Of a stretch of DNA of 64,000 nt, positions 1-11,042 are shown in pieces. The position numbers and the translations under genes were made by a program. The notes beneath the pieces are model-generated. The model had not been told where the DNA came from. It made no database searches and was given only the letters and a program-made list of their open reading frames with translations. Every line of letters begins with the position of its first letter. Within the stretch, counting starts at the first letter, position 1. This stretch comes from Naegleria gruberi (lineage: Eukaryota): assembly GCA_000004985.1 (NCBI GenBank), contig GG738845.1. One strand, written 5' to 3'.

Positions 1-638
1 AGAAGAAACCTGCTCTTAACAAGTTACAACTTCTTCCTGAAGTTATTGAATCTTGTAAAAAGATTTATTTACAAGGCCATTTAATCTCCGAAGGTATCTT
101 GGGAGCATTGGAGAAGTGGATAGTACCTGATAAGGATTTACCACACCCAAGTATCAATATTCAAACTGGAGTGTTGACAATTTTAAATGATTTACCAGTT
201 TCATCATCATATGAAGGAGATGAAAAATGGATTACAAGAGAATTATTGAAATCATCCAAGATTCCAAAAACAATCAAACAAATTGCTAACAATCCATCAA
301 CAACACCAAGCAATAGAAAGTTGGCTAAAAAAATTGTTGAACGATGGAGCAGATTAGTATATCAATTACCATCAGAATACGGAGAATTGTACAAAAAGCA
401 AGCCGTGATGGTGGATGAAACTCCACAACCATCACCAAAACAAACCTCTTCATTTTCTAAATCTTCAGAACCAATCCAAAGGAAGAAACCTAAATCCAAT
501 TCAATCAGGGCTAGTATTCCAAGGAAAGAAAGTTTTGATTTTACACGATTACCTCCATCTAAACCACTCCTTAAAAAAGAAAAGGCAGAAAATGAAGTTC
601 ACAAGAGATTGTTGAATGTGGGCAACAGAAAAAGATAA
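1..638 (+). CDS. IWS1: IWS1/Spn1-like transcription elongation factor, C-terminal part. The 5' end lies outside the window.
   Basis: Frame of ORF 99..638 stays open back to position 1. 'RKLAKKIVERWSRLVYQLPSEYG' resembles the conserved IWS1 C-terminus ('AGKLINEWSRPIF'), followed by a basic tail. Stop TAA at 636-638. Confidence 0.5.
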   Translation, partial: KKPALNKLQLLPEVIESCKKIYLQGHLISEGILGALEKWIVPDKDLPHPSINIQTGVLTILNDLPVSSSYEGDEKWITRELLKSSKIPKTIKQIANNPSTTPSNRKLAKKIVERWSRLVYQLPSEYGELYKKQAVMVDETPQPSPKQTSSFSKSSEPIQRKKPKSNSIRASIPRKESFDFTRLPPSKPLLKKEKAENEVHKRLLNVGNRKR

Positions 639-701
639 TCAATTCATTTCCGAAATAAAATCGAATGGTGTTTCATTAGCAAAAGATTTTTTAATAAAAA
701 A

Positions 702-3107
702 ATGAGCTTAAATTCACCAACCTCCCTGCAACATACCTCTTCTGTTGCAGCTATCAACGAGATCATAGAGGAATTTATTACCTGTACTTGGGAAACTCTT
801 CCTAATGATGTGAGAGAGGTGCTAGGAGGAAATAAACAAATGTTTGAAAAAATCTTGAAAGATTATGCTATGGAAAGACAAATACCATATGAACAAGCTC
901 CTGTACAATTATTGTTGATGAGTAAGAGAGATTATTATTTGGAGATGGTAGAATATTTGAGAAATAATTTGAGAGTAAGTTCTTGATCACGTGTTATATT
1001 TTTGATCACATAATCTTTCTTCGGGATGAATAGTTATTTCCATACCAATTTTCTGATGTTGTCATCAACGAGTTGGGTATTTTACCATTTAGTTTTTATA
1101 TTGAAATGGTATTTACAATTATGAAGAATGAAAAATCGTACGATATTCTTCCTAATTTTACAGCTGCAGATGTAAATAGATTATTGGGAATTGGAAGAAA
1201 TCAATATATTGATATTATGAACAAAGTTAGAAGTAAAAAATGGACTTGGAGATTCAATAAGAATATTATAAGAGAACAATTACCTTTACAACCAATTGAT
1301 ACAAAAATAGACTATTGGTGGATTGTTGATTGTTTTCCAATGCCTCAACAAGAATTTCTAAAAATTTATAATGTGAGTTTAGTTTTAACATTGATCATTA
1401 ATCATTCTCATTATCAATAACAGACACTCACCACTGATGAGGCTATTGCAGTAGCTATGGTAAAAAATGAAGGTAAAATTCTAGCTTGTAGAATTTCCTA
1501 TCCAGAGCTAATATCAATTTACAAGAAAGGTCTAGTACATTTTCATGTACCTATCAATAGCGATGATTATATAGTAATACCACCTTTGAAGGGATTTATT
1601 ATGAATAGAACGCCAAATGATCATTTTGAAAAGTTACTTTATGATATCCTTGTTACATTGGATGAAAGAACTACAGTTGGACAGTTAGCTAATATTTTAC
1701 AAGTAGATGAAAATATCATTAAATCTGCAGTCTCTGTGTGCTGTAGATTAGGGTTTGCTAAAAAAAGAGTGGCTAAACCAAAGAATCTATCTGAAACAAG
1801 TGAAGATCAATATAAAAATATTTGGCAACCCTTCATAGATGAATACCACGAAGAGCTAGTCAAGGATGAATCCAATGCCACAAGTGAAAAATTATCAACA
1901 GAAAATAATGCTATTATTAATTTTACATCAAGTTTTGAGAATGGTGGTGAAAAAAAAAAGAGAATTGGATTCTTATTCGACTCATCCCTCACAGCATATT
2001 TAATGATGGGTAATTTAGCAGAAGGATTAAAAAATCATGCTGTAACACTCTTTGAAGTTGGAAAAATGCAAGATGAATTATTAGATGAATTTTTGAGGGA
2101 ATTGGATAAAGTAGTTTGTCCAACTGATAATGAAGGAGAAGCACTTAAATACTATACTCATGCAATTGCCTTAAGAAACACTTTGAGATTTTTGAGACAC
2201 AATCAAAACTTTGCCATGTCAGGATCTGATGGAGGTGTGGATATGTTAAGATGTGAGAGTTTGAATAATTTAGACCAAGGTACAAAAATGCGTATTATTG
2301 AAATGAATTATTCTATTCTGATAGCCACAGCTCCAATCGCTTCAAGGGCAATTAGTTTACCAAATTGTATTCCTAACTTTTATGGACCTCCAATTCCTCA
2401 TGTTTCTTCTCCATGGTTCAAAATTTATGTATATACTTGTTGTGAAATGGGACCTCCATCAGTACTTTTTGTAAAAGGACAACGTATCAAAAAATTACCA
2501 AATATGATTGAAAATAACGAAAAAATAATGATTTCTGGATGGGAACAAGAACCTTATGCTGTACATNNNNNNNNNNNNNNNNNNNNNNNNNNNNNNNNNN
2601 NNNNNNNNNNNNNNNNNNNNNNNNNNNNNNNNNNNNNNNNNNNNNNNNNNNNNNNNNNNNNNNNNNNNNNNNNNNNNNNNNNNNNNNNNNNNNNNNNNNN
2701 NNNNNNNNNNNNNNNNNNNNNNNNNNNNNNNNNNNNNNNNNNNNNNNNNNNNNNNNNNNNNNNNNNNNNNNNNNNNNNNNNNNNNNNNNNNNNNNNNNNN
2801 NNNNNNNNNNNNNNNNNNNNNNNNNNNNNNNNNNNNNNNNNNNNNNNNNNNNNNNNNNNNNNNNNNNNNNNNNNNNNNNNNNNNNNNNNNNNNNCAAAGA
2901 GTTTGTGATGTAGTTATTAAGAGAAACCTATTTAATGAGGAAAATTTGAAGAATCATACAACACAAATGAAATTAATGTGTGATGAATTTATGCAGTTTA
3001 TCCAAAGCAACTCTGATGATACATGCATATCAGATCAAACACAAGTACCTTATCCTTCAAAACCTGTATTCTTTGATGGTACTTCTTTGAAACAATATAG
3101 ATTTTAA
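702..3107 (+). CDS. FAM91A1: FAM91A1-family protein, multi-exon, interrupted by the assembly gap.
   Basis: Translated exons match FAM91A1 well: '[30 protein letters not shown]' vs human '[30 protein letters not shown]', and 'RIGFLFDSSLTAYLMMGNL..HAVTLFEVGK' vs 'RIAFLFDSTLTAFLMMGNL..HAVTMFEVGK'. Introns are about 978-1037 (GTAAGT..ATAG) and 1377-1427 (GTGAGT..ACAG). The gene contains the N-run at 2567-2894. The assignment of the C-terminal exon after the gap (ORF ending 3107) is tentative. Confidence 0.7.
2567..2894. other. Assembly gap (328 N).
   Basis: Uninterrupted run of n characters. It lies inside the FAM91A1-like coding region. Confidence 0.99.
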
Positions 3108-3155
3108 TTTGCTTCAATAAATTAATTGTAACAAAATTAATAATTATTAAAAAAA

Positions 3156-4997
3156 ATGTTGAACAACACCCGAAGAATTTGCGTATCATCTTTCCAGCAG
3201 ATGATTCGGGAATCTTCCCTCAAGACGTCAATTCCTATAGAAAAATATAATTGGAATCAATCAAGAAATTATAATTTCAACAAATTATATCTAGCTAGTA
3301 TTCAGTCAGAATTTGGTTCAATAGGAAAATCAGTTCCTGAAAAGAATAGATTTCCAATGATAAAAACAAAATCTGGAAAACATATCCAATATATTGACCA
3401 ATGTATGGTAAGAGTGAAGGGAGGAAATGGAGGAAATGGTTATGTTCATTTTCTGAGAGAAAAATATAAACCTATCGGAAAGGCAAGTGGAGGTGATGGA
3501 GGAAGTGGAGGAAGTGTTTTTATTAAATCAGTTGATAGTAGACGTTCTTTGTGTGATATTGATTTTATCCAAAAAGCTCCTGATGGAGAAAATGGTCAAA
3601 AGAGAAACAAGAATGGAAGAAAAGGCGTAAATACATATATTTATGTCCCTTTAGGTACACAAATTTTTGATGCCGATACAAAGGAATTAGTTGCAGATCT
3701 TCAAAATGATGGTGATGAAGTGTTGGTAGTTAAAGGAGGTAAAGGTGGATTGGGAAATCAACATTTTTCTTCTAGTACAAACCGTAGTCCACAACAAAGT
3801 CTTGATGGTATAAAAGGTGAACAAAGAATTCTCAAATTGAAACTGAAAACAATAGCAGATGTAGGGTTGTTAGGATATCCAAATGCTGGAAAGTCCACTC
3901 TGTTAGGTTCTATTTCAACAGCCAAACCTAAAGTTGCTGCCTATTCATTCACAACACTTCATCCTACTGTGGGAGAAGTTTATCATAGCGAAAGTGGTTT
4001 TACTTTTTCTTGTGCAGATATTCCTGGATTAATCGAAGGAATGAATAGCAAACTAAAAACAAAAGGTTTAGGCCATGATTTCTTGCAACATATTGAAAGA
4101 ACAAAACTTTTACTCTATGTTGTGGATGTAAGTGGTCTAGAAGGTATGGGTATTCAATACAATGAAGAGACTGGAGATGTCAAATATGAATTTATTACGG
4201 ATTCTTCACCATTTGATTATAGTAAGAATACAGAAGAATCTAAATTATTGTCTAGGCAATCTGAAAAAAGAATGTCAGTTCTTTCACCAAAAACATCATA
4301 TGATGATGATGTGTTTGATATAAAATCATCTGCCATGATGGACTATTTTGGAGAGGAAGCAGATACAGTATTGGACGATTTGGAAGATGATGATGTTATG
4401 ATAAATAATTCTCGTATGGAAAAACTGAGTAAAAGAAGACAGGCTCAGGAAAGATTTAGAAACAGAACTCCCTTACTTCGAACAATTACGCAAGATGAGT
4501 CAATAGAATTAAATAGGGAAGTAAGAGATTCACAATATCATAACCAAGAAATTGATGAAGAAATTGATGAAGAAATTGATGAAATTGTATATCACCACTC
4601 TAGTATGGATAGAACAGATCCAGAAAACACTTCTATTAACCATGATCCATATGCCAATACTATTCTTGATACCTTACCTGAATTTAAGAGGAAACAAAGA
4701 CTATATCAACCATGGGATGTTTTGAGATTACTTAAAAAAGAGGTAGAACTCTACATGCCAGGTCTTTCAGATAGAGCACAATGCATTATTGCAAACAAAA
4801 TGGATGTTCCTGGTGCTGAAAAGAATTTTGAAAAGTTAAAAGAATTCGTACAAAGCGAGTTTGGTGACATTCCAGTAATACCAGTTTCTGCCAAAGATAG
4901 TGTAAATGTTGAGAATGTAAAGACTTTCTGCATTGAATATTTGGAAAAGAATAAGAAAAAATTGGAGCAAATGCAACCTCAATCAGATCTTTACTAA
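3156..4997 (+). CDS. Obg-family GTPase (mitochondrial Mtg2/GTPBP5-like) with a large insertion in the G domain.
   Basis: Single 613-aa ORF. It has the glycine-rich Obg fold ('VKGGNGGNGYVHF','GGDGGSGGSV','VKGGKGGLGNQHF'), G1 'GYPNAGKST', G2 'TTLHPTVGEV', G3 'DIPGLIEG', 'GLGHDFLQHIERTKLLLYVVD', G4 'NKMD' and G5 'SAK'. About 240 aa containing (EID)n repeats sit between G3 and G4. Confidence 0.75.
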   Translation: MLNNTRRICVSSFQQMIRESSLKTSIPIEKYNWNQSRNYNFNKLYLASIQSEFGSIGKSVPEKNRFPMIKTKSGKHIQYIDQCMVRVKGGNGGNGYVHFLREKYKPIGKASGGDGGSGGSVFIKSVDSRRSLCDIDFIQKAPDGENGQKRNKNGRKGVNTYIYVPLGTQIFDADTKELVADLQNDGDEVLVVKGGKGGLGNQHFSSSTNRSPQQSLDGIKGEQRILKLKLKTIADVGLLGYPNAGKSTLLGSISTAKPKVAAYSFTTLHPTVGEVYHSESGFTFSCADIPGLIEGMNSKLKTKGLGHDFLQHIERTKLLLYVVDVSGLEGMGIQYNEETGDVKYEFITDSSPFDYSKNTEESKLLSRQSEKRMSVLSPKTSYDDDVFDIKSSAMMDYFGEEADTVLDDLEDDDVMINNSRMEKLSKRRQAQERFRNRTPLLRTITQDESIELNREVRDSQYHNQEIDEEIDEEIDEIVYHHSSMDRTDPENTSINHDPYANTILDTLPEFKRKQRLYQPWDVLRLLKKEVELYMPGLSDRAQCIIANKMDVPGAEKNFEKLKEFVQSEFGDIPVIPVSAKDSVNVENVKTFCIEYLEKNKKKLEQMQPQSDLY

Positions 4998-5034
4998 ACT
5001 TGTCATTAGAATATTAAAAGGAAGAGTAATTTGG

Positions 5035-5928
5035 TTATTCAATCTTCTTTTTAGCAATGTAGTTAGTGTAGAAAAATTGAATAAATTGTAAGATCAAAGT
5101 ACCATTAACAAGATGAGAAAAAATTCCTGCATAATACCCATTAGAACAATGGTTTTCACCTTTGATGAAGAACCAATATGAAACAAGTAAGAAACCAGAA
5201 AATAATTGAACAATTTGACCACCAGTTAGGATATTCTTCCATTTAAGTACCTTTCCTCTTGCTGCTTGCAAATAATAATAGTACATGATTGTGTGGATTA
5301 TTGACTGAACAGTAATGGTATAGGAAATCAAATTTGATAGATCCATGGCTTGTTAAATTTAACAATTAAATTTGATACCTACGTTAACAAATATACACCA
5401 CCAGGAGCCAATAAACCAAGGGTCCTTAAGCCAACTCCAAGTAATCCAAATCATTATTAAATGATGATACACATGAAGGACAATTAAGGGTTTTTTCTTA
5501 ACAACAATCAACAATGTATCCACCAATTCGTAGTATTTGGAAAGGTGATAAACAAACACCCAAAAGGCTACAGGCCCATTGGTCATTAACTTTGATTCCT
5601 TGTCATCATCGGGGCAAATTGCTCCTCTGAAAACACCTTCATCTAAACATCTTTGATAAATCTCATATATAATACCACACATCATGGAAAAGGAAAGTAC
5701 AATCAAAATGAGGTTGTGTAGTTGTGTGAGGGTGTACATTATTGGACCATCCTTGATCTTTTTACTATCAAGAGATTGTTCATTTGGTTCCACTCTCTTC
5801 TCGGTTCCAAGAAGTGTCTTTAGACCATATGAAACAATGAGGTAAAGAACGGAAACAATAAGTGGAAGTTTAAAATCCAAAACCCATTCATGATTTTTCA
5901 CGTCAAAGTTGGAGAAATAATTGAGCAT
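5035..5928 (-). CDS. ELO-family fatty-acid elongase, two exons with a ~30-nt intron.
   Basis: ORFs 5359..5928 and 5035..5346 together give an ELO protein. It has the 'LHVYHH' HxxHH box and 'HTIMYYYYLQAA', and is multi-TM. The only in-frame join is via a 30-nt intron at top-strand 5349..5378 (mRNA GTATCA..ACAAG). An alternative GTAGGT donor breaks the frame. Confidence 0.7.
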
Positions 5929-6100
5929 TTTTTTTGTACGAATTTGTCTCAGACAATTTGTGAATCATCAAAATTGATGCTGGTAAGCGAATTACCCGTT
6001 GTGAAAACAAGGATGGATATCTTTTAAAAGAAGCTAACAAGACTTTTGTTGAACCAATCCTTTGGTTCAATTAAGGAAAATCAAATGAGCTGTTGGGTTG

Positions 6101-7845
6101 CTACTCATTATTTGAATTTATTGACACAAGAGAACTTCTTGTTTCAATCTTTTGCTCAAACTCTTTAAATAATTTCCACCGTTTCTTGCTCTCTGTACTT
6201 GGGAAAATCTTGGCCAGAGTGAATGAAAAAAGTTCTTGAACTAATGCCACTAAAACTCCCATAAAGGCAACCCCATACAATACAAAAAATATTAAAATTA
6301 CCTTAGAAGCTGTATCTGTAATAAATATTAACATCATATATAGAAAATCAATTACGTACGTGTTACATAAACATCCCCAAAACCTATTGTTGTCAAACTA
6401 ATGATTGTAAAATAGAGTGACCTTAAAAAGGTCCAATTTTCGTTCTTACCACTTTCCAGGCTCAAAAAGATACAAGCACCAATTACACAATAAGTAATAA
6501 TAAACAAAACAAAGTAACAAAGTTGAGCATATGGGTTTGTCAAACCTTTTCGAATAGTATTTGTTAAAAAATATCTCAACCTTGTTCTACTTATTATCAA
6601 TCTGAGCATTCTCTCGATGGTTATAGATATAAAGTGAAGAACAAAGTTAATGTTTTGAAGTAAACGTTTGCCAATAATTGATATTAAAAACGAGATCCAA
6701 ATTATACCAAAAATAGCATGAATAATCACCAGTATTTCCCCTGCAACAGTAATCGGTGAGTAGTCACCATAACCTATTGTTAGCATTGTTACTGCACTGA
6801 AATAAAAAGCAGATAAATAGTTCCATTTTGGAAGATTCTCCAAGGTGTAAACAATTGTTGAATTTGAGTTTGATAAGCCTCCTTCCTTTTCTTCCAATTG
6901 TTGCAATTCGTTCATTCCCTCAGTAATCCATATGGATATGCAAAATAATGCCATGAAAAGTAGACATATAATTGTCATTGAAACTACCCACAAACAATTA
7001 TTAAGAAATTGCCTTTTAGACATCATTGTGGATTCTTTCTTTTCCCTTAATTGTAATATATCAATAGTGCCATAGTATTTAATATAGTCTCTATATTTTG
7101 CAAAATAATATTCATGTCTATTCAAAATACATATATAAACTGTGTCACAAATGTACAACTCAGTATCAATATTTTCCATTGTTTTGTCAAAGCCATGAAG
7201 ATCATAAAACTCGTTCAAGTATTCCTCTACATCCTCTATGTCAGGCAATGACATTTTTAACATTTCCAAGTTGTTATAATTAACACAATAGCCTTTGGAA
7301 AAATGACTTTCAGGCCAAAAACATTGAGATATTACACAAAACTTGTCTTTAGAGAAGTTTGCTCGAGTACTGGGATGATTACGTGAAAAGGTTGTTCCAT
7401 CCTCTTTAATAATATTCACAGGTTCAGAATCCATTTTTTTTCCTTTTTCCTTTAAGGTATTAGATTGTAGAACTTCATCTTTGGGTTGTGAAGAATATTC
7501 CTCATGAAAATACTCTGAATAAATATCAAATCGTTTAAATAAAATGGATTGTCCATCTTGGTCCTTTTGATTTGTGAATGTCTTTAACTCTTGTTGAAAT
7601 TCGTCGTCTTTGTGAGAAGTTGCTCCCTCATTACTAAAAAAAGAATCGGAAAGGAGTTGGTTTAATCTAGCTAAGTGGTTCAGTGTATGGAGAGGTTGAT
7701 TGCCAATAGTATGATATTGAATTGTTACATTATTAGTCCCATCATCAGACCAACGTTGGTCAGTTATTTCAACGGGGTTTAACGTTATTTCCACATCTTC
7801 CTCATTCCTTAATAATTGTTTATTGGAGAGCAACCGCTCTTCCAT
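6101..7845 (-). CDS. Two-pore-domain (4TM/2P) potassium channel with a ~280-aa N-terminal cytoplasmic domain; two exons.
   Basis: ORF 6352..7845 contains TM1, pore 1 'TIGYGDY', TM2, TM3 and pore 2 'TTIGFGD'. TM4 ('ILIFFVLYGVAFMGVLVALV') is in ORF 6101..6337. The proposed intron is at 6316..6359 (GTACGT..TTACAG), joining 'GFGDVYVT' to 'HTASKVIL'. The exact splice site is uncertain. Confidence 0.6.
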
Positions 7846-8050
7846 TTTTTTTAATGATCAAAATTAAAGCTTCTCTAAAACTCACAACAAATTAATGGTG
7901 GTTTTAGCTGTGAAAATCAGTAAGATATTTTGAAGGCAAGTACTTACTGTACCATCCAGCTCGAATTGAATCAAGATCATCTCTATTTAGCAATTCATTT
8001 AGAGTTGCAAAAGTGTTAAACATACATTTATTTACAATAATTTACAAAGT

Positions 8051-8509
8051 TTAGAAAGTGAATTGTGATTCTTGTTCATTTTCCATCATTTGGTCTTGAG
8101 TTGTTATTACTTTTAGAATTGTCTTCCTACTTGTTTCCTGTAACTCTCCATTCACAAAAACTTCATCCAAAATAAAGTACGCTTTGTGGAAATTTAAAAT
8201 TAAATCCAATTCACAGACATTTCCAAAATATTTATCTAATACCTCCACAAAATGGTGTATCATTTCCATAGCAATTAACTCGTTATCATCCTTGTCTATG
8301 CAAGCAACAAAATAAAGTGATGCATATCGTTTAAAAACCAATTTATGTTCTTTAAAATCGAGAAAGTTACTCAACTTTGATGGTCTTCCGACAACCATAT
8401 GAGCAACTTCCTTTACTATTCTTGCTCTTTCATTTTGTGAGTAGGTTGAATACCATTTGGCGAGACGAACCTTTGACTGTCTTGATATTAAAAGAACAAA
8501 ATGAATCAT
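8051..8509 (-). CDS. Adaptor-protein complex sigma subunit (AP-1 sigma-like).
   Basis: 'MIHFVLLISRQSKVRLAKWY...RYASLYFVACID..NELIAMEMIHHFVEVLDKYFGNVCELDLILNFHKAYFILDE' is near-canonical AP sigma. The first ATG is at 8509..8507. The longer N-terminal extension in the ORF track is probably 5' leader. Confidence 0.85.
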   Translation of the reverse strand: MIHFVLLISRQSKVRLAKWYSTYSQNERARIVKEVAHMVVGRPSKLSNFLDFKEHKLVFKRYASLYFVACIDKDDNELIAMEMIHHFVEVLDKYFGNVCELDLILNFHKAYFILDEVFVNGELQETSRKTILKVITTQDQMMENEQESQFTF

Positions 8510-8537
8510 TTTTTTTATGATGATGTCAGCAATAAAT

Positions 8538-9566
8538 TTATTGTTTGATTTTCTTTGTTGGAGGTTGTGGTGTTTTTGTTTCTGTTGTTGGAGTAGAGGT
8601 TGAATCATTTGATGAAGTGGGCGTTGATGATGAAAGCTTTCTTTTTCCGTATAAAAACTTATCCATTCTCTCCATCATATCTAACTTCTTTGTTGTTTCT
8701 TCTGCAACTCCTTTTCTTGTGGCTCTGAAATTCTTTGTACCAATAGTTTTAATGTCTTGTTGTTGTACGTGAATCTTGGCTTGTACGTTACCTAGTTCAT
8801 CTCTGAAAACATTCTTTAAACGATCCTTGCTCTTTCTCAAAACATCTGGAATCTTCATGGCATTCTTCTTTAAATCATCAGAAGCCCATCTTGTTCTTCG
8901 GAGAGACAACTTCATTGATGGACCAATATCAACTAATTGAACATGAGGAGTTTTTTGACCACTCTTTTCAAAATTGATTTTGTAATGATTAAAAGCTAAA
9001 TTATTGCTATCAATAGCAGTAATTGAAATAACATGATCTAAACCTAATAAATTGATTGATGAAGGATCTTCAATTCTGAAAAAATCTAAAAACATGCTTC
9101 TAATAGTTTCAAATTGTGGATTGTTTTTAAATTCATCTCCTTTAAATACAATACAAGGCTTGCTTCCGAGATTGTTCAATAGGCTTGCCTTGGATTCCAT
9201 TTGTTTCAATTCACTTACTCCGAACTCAACCATATCTAAGATTTGTTGATCGAAACATCTTCCCATTATTATATTGTTTGGTCTTTTCTTTTGGTGGGAT
9301 CCAATAAGGAAAAGAGATGTATCTTCGGATTTTACTAGCTTTTCAATTGGTTGGACTTCTTCGAATGGTAACAAGTCGTGTGTTTCTTGTGTAAAGTTAA
9401 CAGAGAATGGTGTACGTAAGCGATGAAGATCTTGTAATAATGTCTTGAGATCCTTATTTACTTTTCTTCCGGACAAGATGAGGGATCTTTTTGGATTTTC
9501 AATAACTTTTGGCTTTCTGTCTTCTAAAAGTTTGGTTGCTTTTCTCTTGGCCTTTTTTCTAATCAT
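8538..9566 (-). CDS. RPF2: Ribosome production factor 2 (Brix-domain, RPF2).
   Basis: 342-aa ORF. 'SLFLIGSHQKKRPNNIIMGRCFD..ILDMVEFGV' vs human RPF2 'SLFMFGSHNKKRPNNLVIGRMYD..VLDMIELGI'. 'GPSMKLSLRRTRWASDDL' vs 'GPSLDLVLRRTHLASDDL'. Confidence 0.85.
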   Translation of the reverse strand: MIRKKAKRKATKLLEDRKPKVIENPKRSLILSGRKVNKDLKTLLQDLHRLRTPFSVNFTQETHDLLPFEEVQPIEKLVKSEDTSLFLIGSHQKKRPNNIIMGRCFDQQILDMVEFGVSELKQMESKASLLNNLGSKPCIVFKGDEFKNNPQFETIRSMFLDFFRIEDPSSINLLGLDHVISITAIDSNNLAFNHYKINFEKSGQKTPHVQLVDIGPSMKLSLRRTRWASDDLKKNAMKIPDVLRKSKDRLKNVFRDELGNVQAKIHVQQQDIKTIGTKNFRATRKGVAEETTKKLDMMERMDKFLYGKRKLSSSTPTSSNDSTSTPTTETKTPQPPTKKIKQ

Positions 9567-9839
9567 TTTAGATAATGATGGTTGTGAATTTTTTTTTCTG
9601 GTGTATTGTCTGCATTTTGTTTGAAGTAAAAATAAATCATGAAATATTTTGAAGAAAATTTATTTGATAAGATTTAATTTTGTTTAAAATAGTTTAAAAC
9701 CTATTGTTTATTATTTAATATTTCAATTTAATAATGTTATTTAATTTATTATTAATATATTTAAAAATGTAATTATTTATTGAACAACTGAAAAGCCGCA
9801 TCGTTCTAACAATTAAAAATAAAATAATTATCTAAAAAA

Positions 9840-10825
9840 ATGCAATTCCAACTTGATGCAGAAGGTAAGTTTGTTGTTTGTCTTAAGAAACAAATTGTTC
9901 AAACATATCCAATTCGTAAAAAGCATTCAGAAAAGTTCACCCATTGGAGTTTTATAACAAATTTTTACCGGAAGGCGTTAGACCTGATGGTAGACCATTG
10001 AACATGATACGAGAGACTGTTGTTTCATCGGGATCTTTGGGAAATTGTGAAGGATCATCTCTTGTAAAGACTGGAAATACAAGTGTTGTTTGTGGAATTA
10101 AAGCGGAAGTAATGATACCAACAGAAGATGCACCAAAAAATGGAAAAGTTGTCATTTCATTTGATTTTCCTTCTATTTGTGCAGCCGATGTTACTGGAAA
10201 TTGGGAAGAAATTAATGAAAAAAAAAGTGTAATTCAACAGAGATTGGCAGGAATATTTTATAATTGCAATGTTATGGATCTTAGTCAATTGTGTATAGAA
10301 GAAGGTAAAGCTGTTTGGGTTTTATATGCAGATTTATATTGTTTGGAAAATGATGGGAATGTATTCGATGCAGCACTTATTGCTTTATTAACAGCACTGA
10401 AAAATGGTGAGTTATTTTCATGAATTTAAATAATAACTTTTATTGAAATATAGTATCACTTCCAACTTGTCAAATAACGAAGGATGATGAGGCAATTGTC
10501 ACTAATGAAAATTCAAACATTAAACTTCAATTAGACCATTATCCAATACCATTGTCATTTGGTAATCTTTCAGAGTAAGTTTATTACAAAAATTTTCATC
10601 CAATTCTCTTTAAGATTTACAATAGTAGATCCAACAAGTGAAGAAGAATCACTATTGGCTTGGAAATTAACAATTGTTTATAATGAAAGAAATGAGTTAT
10701 GTTCGTTATTTAAACCTGGTGGAAAGTCTATCAAACAGTCAACATTAAATTATTGTTTAGAGATGGCCAAAAAGAGAACAGGAAAAATCATTTCAATGAT
10801 TGAAAAATCTGTTTCTGTCCAATAA
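9840..10825 (+). CDS. EXOSC8: Exosome RNase-PH-like subunit Rrp43/EXOSC8, four exons.
   Basis: 'VRPDGRPLNMIRETVVSSGSL..GSSLVKTGNTSVVCGIKAEV' and 'FTIVDPTSEEESLLAWKLTIVYNERNELCSLFKPGG' match EXOSC8 ('[28 protein letters not shown]', '[36 protein letters not shown]'). Introns are at 9865-9923 (GTAAGT, 59 nt), about 10411-10454 (GTGAGT) and about 10576-10615 (GTAAGT). Confidence 0.8.
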
Positions 10826-11042
10826 AAACATTGACAAAAGAACCAATGCATTCTTTAATTATTAAATCCATTAAAAAATAGAATATTTTGCTTGCTAAAA
10901 ATAATTTAAAAAAAACGTTAAAACAAATTAACTTCATAAGTTATTAACCTCTCTAACATAAAAAAGATCATCATCTTGAGGTTTTAATAGGTTTTAAAAT
11001 TTATTTTAATAGTGGCAGAATAAATATACTGTATATAAAGGA

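Noticed and set aside
4751-4933. Numerous 60-110-aa ORFs antisense to or overlapping the large genes (e.g. 4751..4933, 15219..15428, 24143..24379, 37635..37874).
   Set aside because: They are embedded in well-supported coding regions on the other strand, have no conserved motifs, and are at the size expected by chance in AT-rich sequence.
7903-8030. Short minus-strand ORF ('MFNTFATLNELLNRDDLDSIRAGWY..') between the K2P channel and AP-1 sigma, with a GTAAGT-like element.
   Set aside because: It cannot be spliced in frame to the channel ORF and has no recognisable homology. It is most likely 5' leader or an upstream ORF.
11026-11040. TATA-like 'gtatataaagg' just upstream of the BRF1 ATG.
   Set aside because: It lies only about 8 nt from the start codon, too close to act as a TATA box for that ATG. 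It is probably chance in AT-rich DNA.
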